IMG/VR virus record: IMGVR_UViG_3300010158_004052
Location: 1-30,411 of that record
Direction: 5' to 3' (one strand)
Length of the DNA stretch: 30,411 nucleotides
Source of the DNA: a virus
Lineage: Duplodnaviria; Caudoviricetes
The position numbers and the translations under genes were made by a program. Positions 25,601 to 30,411 of this stretch are shown here, in pieces (positions within the stretch are counted from its first letter, which is position 1; each line of letters begins with the position of its first letter). The notes under the pieces are model-generated. The model ran no database searches. It was not told the DNA's origin and worked only from the letters and a program-made list of their open reading frames with translations.

Positions 25601-26751
25601 GGAATTTCTACATTCTTTAATTTCTCGACAATCCGTGGGTCTAGGATTGTGGGGTTCTGAGACCCTCGCACATTATCCCTGGCAATACCCGCATTCCATG
25701 CTTTACCTTTTGATTCTTCTACAAGTCCCCTGATGTAATCCAGATGATCCTTACCTGTGGGGAGTTCTACTGCTTTAGCGGGTAGTTCTATTGGTGCTGT
25801 CGCGTTTTTTTTTACTGGTTCCCTATGTGTTTGGTCAGCCGGTGTGACCGTTGGATTTACTGTTGGATTTACTGTTGGCTTTGTAATAGGTACATCTAGT
25901 TTTACTGGTCTTCTTGTTTCTCTTGGCGCGATTGGCGTTGGATAGATCGGCCAGCCTTTAGGTGGCTTGGCAAGATAATCGGTTACGTTGGTTGCAATGT
26001 CCTTATTGGTCTGAGACGAACCTTTTTTGAGGTCGCTTTCTTCCCGTAACTTTTTGGCCAATTCCATCATGTCCGATTGGGAATGCCTTATTCCATCAGA
26101 AGGTCGTGGTAACTTATCTCCTGAAGTGCTTGGTGGTGCCTTTGGTGGTGATGGGTTATACTCAAGTGCTTTTTGAACTTGAGGTTTAGGTTTGTTTTGG
26201 GTTGACCAAAATCTATCGTTTGATTTGGCTTCATCTGATTTGGGTTTTAGACGAAGATAGTTCTCATATCTGTTCTCTGCATAAGTTGTGTTGTGTCGAG
26301 ATAAAGGGTGTACCATATTGCCTTGAAAGACTGGTTTCTTGGCATTATTGCTTTTGTTGAGCGCATGGACATCGTAGCCGCCCGACCGCAGGTGCTCGAC
26401 AACGGCACTTAACCCGCTGTAACTAATACCGCGATTTTCGCTATTGATCGGGTTTTCAGATTGCGTTCTTGTCCTTGTGTTTCCTGTATCTACTCTGGTA
26501 AAACTGCCTACGGTGGCTACCTTTTTATACTTTGTAGTGGATTTGTCGGGATTATGATCCACGATATAAAGATCGTGTTCATTATTGTTTTTGGAATCTA
26601 CAATAAAGTCGTTTGTGCCCCGTTTGTGGCGGGCGACTATGTTTGTGATCTTGTTGTTGTTCTCGTGCCACGCCGGTTTTGGCTTGGGAGGTTTCCATGA
26701 GGGGTTGACTAATTTCCCTACCAGTCTTCCAGCAGATCGTGCGATTCCCAT
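22687..26751 (-). CDS. Large low-complexity protein (possible internal virion / polyvalent protein)
   Basis: 1354 aa, K/P/A/N/Q-rich, no Cys seen, PTVN repeats, QPWEMT...H...AL.EGKPVP.EVL..Y module near the C-terminus. Confidence 0.8.
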   Translation of the reverse strand: MGIARSAGRLVGKLVNPSWKPPKPKPAWHENNNKITNIVARHKRGTNDFIVDSKNNNEHDLYIVDHNPDKSTTKYKKVATVGSFTRVDTGNTRTRTQSENPINSENRGISYSGLSAVVEHLRSGGYDVHALNKSNNAKKPVFQGNMVHPLSRHNTTYAENRYENYLRLKPKSDEAKSNDRFWSTQNKPKPQVQKALEYNPSPPKAPPSTSGDKLPRPSDGIRHSQSDMMELAKKLREESDLKKGSSQTNKDIATNVTDYLAKPPKGWPIYPTPIAPRETRRPVKLDVPITKPTVNPTVNPTVTPADQTHREPVKKNATAPIELPAKAVELPTGKDHLDYIRGLVEESKGKAWNAGIARDNVRGSQNPTILDPRIVEKLKNVEIPEFNALDFDLNSLTPKKLKELDNSVQARAVGESNRAAVASGKGMPRGNVVDDVHKYLVPKAQGDDRIEGFQALADRLEALNDPNLSKVIVRLRTSQDNLTSQREVLADAGTEKEKGEARKKADALAKELRRTSDPTGVVESSKIRNPKTGKPERQVLPLEMSTGAGSDIIEAINKGTGQFNKGTKSEDNTRGIGLKTLTVPTNLRNPDGSFGEYIKENIPHYTDQLGREVSDNYQSEQYFRNLAPDAELPVPTTPIDELHHRIASPLARLAGLQAANSSMVDNNPNATSDRFAPATPGMIVQSTDSEGKTVSDKPIMNTEEMVKARLHKMEESVGKSESDSYNSIRKILAETFNQEDADNLAKLRPKKQSRRIDKMVEQNLNDTVRRHATNYANPEQDTSGETNIFTANGGVDPRNLISLADHYGSTGHKNPMSKAIDDLLSDDPATKNIIQQINAYDRKSLENQFNIHQAGLAKNPDDPASQNAAAGVFNHMAQQGHNTEGVSPFVKDISAEEIFALAQAKELAKFNAPRAREAYVQTEPVPEDVPKAPMRSGLARRGKQPVVEQAAPQAAPAPPPQEDIGNRVQNFLPQDSLNPQQTAQESARAALNDPTVAPPAPAQEPQAPPPPTKMTKAEIDDSINVLMHAPSSPGGKPRVSFKTQREGNEFRRGFEAANEKPGALPPTQQPGVPAKEQKYRDAWYLGWSHAQLKLRKNTTSQPQADILAQVNSHIDPAAAKTGAKGKQPWEMTWVEFRSKQNEGQPEYIVRNSEGLAIDKELHRELISDALREGKPVPPEVLANYLASTPTPAPARYSLGGQLAPGKGTAERSRAVAYAIEKRADKTLQRELKRDAVPLSFRSNVPKGLTAEVYHHPTHFGNGTSHIIKNVKRVGTSAAIQKEPGTKGRSSVTDFQSGLVLFKNKKNATAKRLAKVADYLATRAVRVKGGQHGLGRIGDIPGYVDLVKRIQKTLD

Positions 26752-26766
26752 AGCGATGCCCCTTTT

Positions 26767-28140
26767 TTAATACGCTCTGTAATCTTTAGTTCTTTGATTC
26801 GGCCTGTCCCAAGGAGCCGTTCTAAAAGGATTCTGAGCGTTTCTTATTAACCAGTTATCTGGCGCAGGTACTGGAAGTTGTGGTCGCTGTGGCCCTTCTG
26901 GACTAGTGAATAAACCTGGCGCAAGCCATTTTTTATCTATTGCTATCGGGAACCCAACTCCTGGTGTGGCTGATGGAGATGCTGCCTGAGCAAAAGGATT
27001 GACCGAAGGCGAGGTAGGAGAGAATTGCTGTCCTTCAGGCTGAGACAACATATTTCCTTGGTTTAACCAATTGTTGGCTGCAACATTAGAAGTATTTATA
27101 GCTGCTTGGTTTGCAACTGCTTCTTTTTGCATGAGTGCCATTGGATTTGTAGCACGCCACTGGGCGACATCTGATCCCCGAACTCCTCTAGCACGAGCAT
27201 TCCGGTTTGCAATCGTTGCCTGTCGTGATGCTTGTCCATCAGTTGGTTGCACGCCCGAAGGGACATATGGAATCATTGGCTGACCACCTGTAGCGACTCG
27301 AAACGCATCAGGCGATATGCCATGCATATCTCCCTCTGCTGGAGTCATTCCACGAAAAGCACCTGGAATCACGCCTTCCTGCCCATACCTTTGAGGAGGG
27401 CTAACAACTTGACCACCAAGTGTTTGCGTTGCGCCGGGTACGTTCATGGGCTGACCGAATGATCGTGAACCACCTTCTGGTTGTCCAGCCATGAGATTGC
27501 GAGCCATTGAAATGTCTTGACGTGGCTGAGTCTGGCCACCTTGGTCAACGAAGTTTCCACTGCCTGGCTGGATGTTTTGTGGAGCAAACTGGCTTGGATT
27601 TTGTGGATCTCGTCCTTGCGGTTTAAGGAATGGGTTGATCCTTGGTCCATCGTAGCTTTTATCTGCTGCCGGATTTACATATGTAGAGTCTTGAGCTAAG
27701 GCCGTTTCCAAAGAAGAGGCCTGCATAGGTTTAAAAGGGTTTCCCTGTAGCAACATAGCCCGACTGGGACTACTGACGGGCTGTCTCATATAAGGATTTG
27801 CTTGTATCAAGCTGGCTCTACTTGGAGTCGTAGGTCCATCTGGCATAGAAGGAGCCATAGGCTGGAATGCACTTGGGCCATTCGGCATAGAAGGAGCAAC
27901 AGGCTGCATAACCTGTTGCACTCCTTGAGGGTTGTTGTTCATCGCTGCGGAAGACATAGGTTGTAGATTAGACAAATTAGGTCTTTCTACAGGATTTGAT
28001 GCAATAGGTTGTTGGGCTCCCGGGTTTATCAGTCTTCCACGAGACGGACTTGATACAGCAAGACTATTCACGGAAGGAGGGGTTACAGGCTGCATTCGGG
28101 ATCTATAACCGACCCTTGCATTATATCCTGGTACTGGCAT
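26767..28140 (-). CDS. Intrinsically disordered P/Q/N/S/G-rich protein
   Basis: 457 aa, AGGTG RBS, internal repeats QP(V/M)APSMP(N/D)GP and PSR(A/G).L, four NPF tripeptides. Confidence 0.8.
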   Translation of the reverse strand: MPVPGYNARVGYRSRMQPVTPPSVNSLAVSSPSRGRLINPGAQQPIASNPVERPNLSNLQPMSSAAMNNNPQGVQQVMQPVAPSMPNGPSAFQPMAPSMPDGPTTPSRASLIQANPYMRQPVSSPSRAMLLQGNPFKPMQASSLETALAQDSTYVNPAADKSYDGPRINPFLKPQGRDPQNPSQFAPQNIQPGSGNFVDQGGQTQPRQDISMARNLMAGQPEGGSRSFGQPMNVPGATQTLGGQVVSPPQRYGQEGVIPGAFRGMTPAEGDMHGISPDAFRVATGGQPMIPYVPSGVQPTDGQASRQATIANRNARARGVRGSDVAQWRATNPMALMQKEAVANQAAINTSNVAANNWLNQGNMLSQPEGQQFSPTSPSVNPFAQAASPSATPGVGFPIAIDKKWLAPGLFTSPEGPQRPQLPVPAPDNWLIRNAQNPFRTAPWDRPNQRTKDYRAY

Positions 28141-28161
28141 AAATCACCTTTTTTCTTATTT

Positions 28162-28183
28162 GGGTTCCAGTCAATACCGATTT
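28162..28183 (-). promoter_or_regulatory. Second copy of the late-region intergenic motif
   Basis: AAATCGGTATTGACTGGAACCC; differs from the 22574-22596 copy by one substitution and one indel. Confidence 0.6.
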
Positions 28184-28313
28184 AGCACTTTTTTGACTTG
28201 TAGCTTTTTGATTCCATGCTTTTGACTTGTTTTGACTCGCTCTTTTCATGAGCTTTTGTCTCTTTTTTTTCAACTGGCTTGTACTCATTCTTCTTTGCTA
28301 TTTTCTTCGCCAT
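28182..28313 (-). CDS. Small Lys-rich protein (43 aa)
   Basis: GAGGAG RBS; MAKKIAKKNEYKPVEKKETKAHEKSESKQVKSMESKSYKSKKC; below the ORF-track length cutoff. Confidence 0.75.
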   Translation of the reverse strand: MAKKIAKKNEYKPVEKKETKAHEKSESKQVKSMESKSYKSKKC

Positions 28314-28323
28314 CGGTGACTCC

Positions 28324-29118
28324 TCATTTGAGATGCAACGGACCATTTTCAAGGCTTTCTCTTGTCGCTATAACACTATAGCAGTCAAAGCCCCACCCTT
28401 CAAGATTCTTTTCGCCCATCCAAGCATAGCCGTTTATGCCCCATCTATTTCCCCACGAATTCGGAAAGAGGAAATACCACTTCCCATTAACCCGCTTCAT
28501 TCCAAGGCCACCGCAACCGGCATGATTGTGTTCTCCACTGATATTAGACGGACAACCGTTCTTATCCAGTGAATTGAATCCCGTATTGACCGGCATCGAG
28601 AAATTGAAAGGTTGTCGCAATTGTGCCGATATGCACAAGTCTCTGAAACTTGTCAGAGTGTGACCTATTTCGACCCGGTGTTTTGTGGCTTCGATTGTCG
28701 CGACCGGCTTGATTTGTGACGGGTTGATTGTACCGTAGGGTACGCTGGCATCGTTGCAAACGCCCTTTGATTCAAGGAATTGCAAAGCGTCCGCAATGCT
28801 TGCGCCAGTGTCCCATCCTCGACATAGGTTCGCGTAAATAAACCATGCGGATAGGTCTAGGTGTGGTAGGCCCGAAATCCATCTCGCCACCTCTAGGCTG
28901 GTTGCCGCCGCATGCCCGTCACATGCGTTATACTGGCCTTGATCCTTAATTTTGACCGGGAAACTGGGATCTTTTGTATAGTCGAATTCCCGCCATTCCG
29001 ATTCGGGAATGTCAGGCAATGGCTGGCTGGAGCCCAGTTTGAGGCTGATCGACGGCGGTTTGTTGCCCATGCCCCGCCACTGGTCGCCAAGAACGGGCCA
29101 GAGTTGGTTTTCGATCAT
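28324..29118 (-). CDS. Papain-like (C1A) cysteine protease
   Basis: IKDQGQYNAC (oxyanion Q, catalytic C), DLSAWFIY, NHAG (H), PNSWGNRWGINGY (N); start ATG 29118; no signal peptide seen. Confidence 0.92.
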   Translation of the reverse strand: MIENQLWPVLGDQWRGMGNKPPSISLKLGSSQPLPDIPESEWREFDYTKDPSFPVKIKDQGQYNACDGHAAATSLEVARWISGLPHLDLSAWFIYANLCRGWDTGASIADALQFLESKGVCNDASVPYGTINPSQIKPVATIEATKHRVEIGHTLTSFRDLCISAQLRQPFNFSMPVNTGFNSLDKNGCPSNISGEHNHAGCGGLGMKRVNGKWYFLFPNSWGNRWGINGYAWMGEKNLEGWGFDCYSVIATRESLENGPLHLK

Positions 29119-29885
29119 TTTCCACACACGCAACTAAGTTCAAGTTGGTCATCATGGAATAAAGACGGTTGCTCTGTGTCATTGTCTACAAGAGTTTTCC
29201 ACGAATACTGACGACCTAACCCTTTGATGGTTGTTAGGTTTTCTTTTGCTGCGTTCTCCATCGCAACGGCGCGTGCAAAAAGCGCAGGGTGTTTTTTTGA
29301 CATTTCAATTACTTCGTTCTTTCTATGGGCAGGACAAAAGAAACAGCATGACTTTTCTGGAACTCCTATTCCCTCGTTCTTGATGAGCAATTCGCAATGC
29401 TTTCTGTCTAGCTGCATCTCAATTAAAGGGTATCGTAGGTGGTATTTGCCTGGATAATCATCGCGGAATTTTTTAGCTCTAACTTGGTCTCGTATCCCGT
29501 TATCAAAACCGATGCACTTGATGACTTTCTCTTTACCGCTCCAGCATTTGATCGCCGGTTCCCAGTTTTTTACCCACCTGTGAATCGGCTTGATCTTGTA
29601 ATCGCCGGAACATTGGTTGAAGCCGTAAGCTAGTGACGGTAACATCTTGCGTTCCAAACAGTATTCTTCAAGTGATTCCTCTTTTCTGACTTGAATGATC
29701 TTTGGATATCCGTTTGAAACTAGCCAGTCAGATAGTGTTAAAACCGTTGCATAAGTCGAATCTTTTTCGCCGCCAGTGTCGGCAAAAATTACAGCATCAA
29801 AAGATTGTTCCATCTTGACCATTGCTATCACAAGTGCCGTGCTATTGACTCCACCACCGTAACTGATGATTGTTGGCTGGCTCAT
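29115..29885 (-). CDS. PAPS-reductase-family (PP-loop) enzyme
   Basis: IISYGGGVNSTAL PP-loop, IFADTGGE, CSGDYKIKPI, YPLIE, KSCCFFCP; start ATG 29885. Confidence 0.9.
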   Translation of the reverse strand: MSQPTIISYGGGVNSTALVIAMVKMEQSFDAVIFADTGGEKDSTYATVLTLSDWLVSNGYPKIIQVRKEESLEEYCLERKMLPSLAYGFNQCSGDYKIKPIHRWVKNWEPAIKCWSGKEKVIKCIGFDNGIRDQVRAKKFRDDYPGKYHLRYPLIEMQLDRKHCELLIKNEGIGVPEKSCCFFCPAHRKNEVIEMSKKHPALFARAVAMENAAKENLTTIKGLGRQYSWKTLVDNDTEQPSLFHDDQLELSCVCGK

Positions 29886-30364
29886 CGAATGGCCTCCGCA
29901 ATCGCCACAACGTCCGCCAGGGTGGTCGGTCGTATCGCCCTGACCAGTTTTCCGTTTGCGTCCTGAAGTATCACGCACGGCACGCCCACGCCCCGCACCG
30001 TCGCACGGTATCCAAGCTGATCAAGGTCTTCCTCGGTCGAGACGTATGAGCGGATCTGGACACCCTTGGAGGCGAGCGCATCCCGCAAGCCTCTGTCGGT
30101 GCGCCAAATGGCTTGTGAGATGTCGGACGGGTCAACGACCACAACAAACCACTTGACGCCACTGGCAAGCGTTTCTGGCGGTTTAACCGGCTCTACCGAT
30201 GGCTCCACCGTTGGAGTCACGACCGGTACGACGGTTGGCGTCACGACCGGTGTAACGACCGGCACAATGGCTGGCGTCACGGCTGGCGTGCTACATCCGC
30301 AATTGACTGAGAACGTGCAGCCGGATAGACCGATCAGGAGTACAGCAAGCAGCCGGATTTTCAC
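29882..30364 (-). CDS. Lipoprotein with Pro/Thr linker and thioredoxin-like C-terminal domain
   Basis: MKIRLLAVLLIG-LSGC lipobox, (V/T)P(A/V/T)V repeats, GVPCVILQDANGKLV cis-Pro-type strand, no CxxC in that domain. Confidence 0.75.
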   Translation of the reverse strand: MKIRLLAVLLIGLSGCTFSVNCGCSTPAVTPAIVPVVTPVVTPTVVPVVTPTVEPSVEPVKPPETLASGVKWFVVVVDPSDISQAIWRTDRGLRDALASKGVQIRSYVSTEEDLDQLGYRATVRGVGVPCVILQDANGKLVRAIRPTTLADVVAIAEAIR

Positions 30365-30411
30365 GGTTTGTGGCTTTCAAAGTGGACTTGCATGGCTTGC
30401 TTGTGGCTATC
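30361..30411 (-). CDS. 3' end of upstream gene (partial)
   Basis: Open frame ...DSHKQAMQVHFESHKP* with GTGA overlap into the lipoprotein start. Confidence 0.5.
   Translation of the reverse strand, partial: DSHKQAMQVHFESHKP

Larger units (their letters stand above)
1..30411. mobile_element. Temperate tailed phage genome segment (non-integrated form, intact attP)
   Basis: Densely packed genes with ATGA/GTGA overlaps; capsid, tail, integrase, recombination and replication genes; phage genes on both sides of a tRNA-derived att core; no host housekeeping genes. Confidence 0.95.

Noticed and set aside
25845-25880. 12-bp tandem repeat as a regulatory element
   Set aside because: In-frame coding repeat (PTVN) in a low-complexity linker; the same applies to the TPV repeats near 30205-30290.
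901-30156. Numerous plus-strand ORFs in the track (e.g. 901-1320, 13160-13753, 15596-16093, 21226-21660)
   Set aside because: Antisense shadows of well-supported minus-strand genes, without RBS or motifs.
1-30411. Alternative genetic code, introns or inteins
   Set aside because: Genes are intact under the standard code with TAA/TGA/TAG all used as stops; conserved proteins have ordinary lengths and no intein or homing-endonuclease motifs were seen.

Overview
The whole window is a contiguous part of a temperate tailed dsDNA phage (Caudoviricetes, probably siphovirus-like). The integrase N-terminus, a CsrA-like gene, an RHH protein and a lipoprotein/papain-protease pair suggest a Planctomycetota host (inference from remembered family resemblance, no search run). 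The left arm (1-9114, minus strand) is an early operon: Cro-position small gene, Redbeta/RecT-like annealase, replication initiator with internal iteron-like repeats, CsrA-like protein, three tandem DUF551-like paralogues, DUF3310, RuvC-like resolvase, YqaJ exonuclease and SSB. The centre holds a divergent AT-rich switch region, a small repressor-position gene, an intact attP (3' half of tRNA-Arg(CCG), 9797-9838) and a tyrosine integrase. The right arm (11050-30411, minus strand) has a lipoprotein, a PAPS-reductase-family enzyme, a papain-like C1 protease, a small Lys-rich protein, two large low-complexity proteins (457 and 1354 aa), scaffold, P22-type major capsid, head-tail joining proteins, tail tube, tape measure, an 829-aa tail-tip protein and a last tail protein with a T10 tract. 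No terminase, portal, holin or endolysin is recognisable in the window. Top leads: (1) a promoter- and terminator-delimited ~95-nt antisense RNA over the initiator RBS, possibly combined with control by a phage CsrA; (2) a lysogeny switch with no CI/Cro-type HTH proteins; (3) a lipoprotein-papain protease-disordered protein module upstream of the head genes; (4) a possible phase-variable tail-tip gene.
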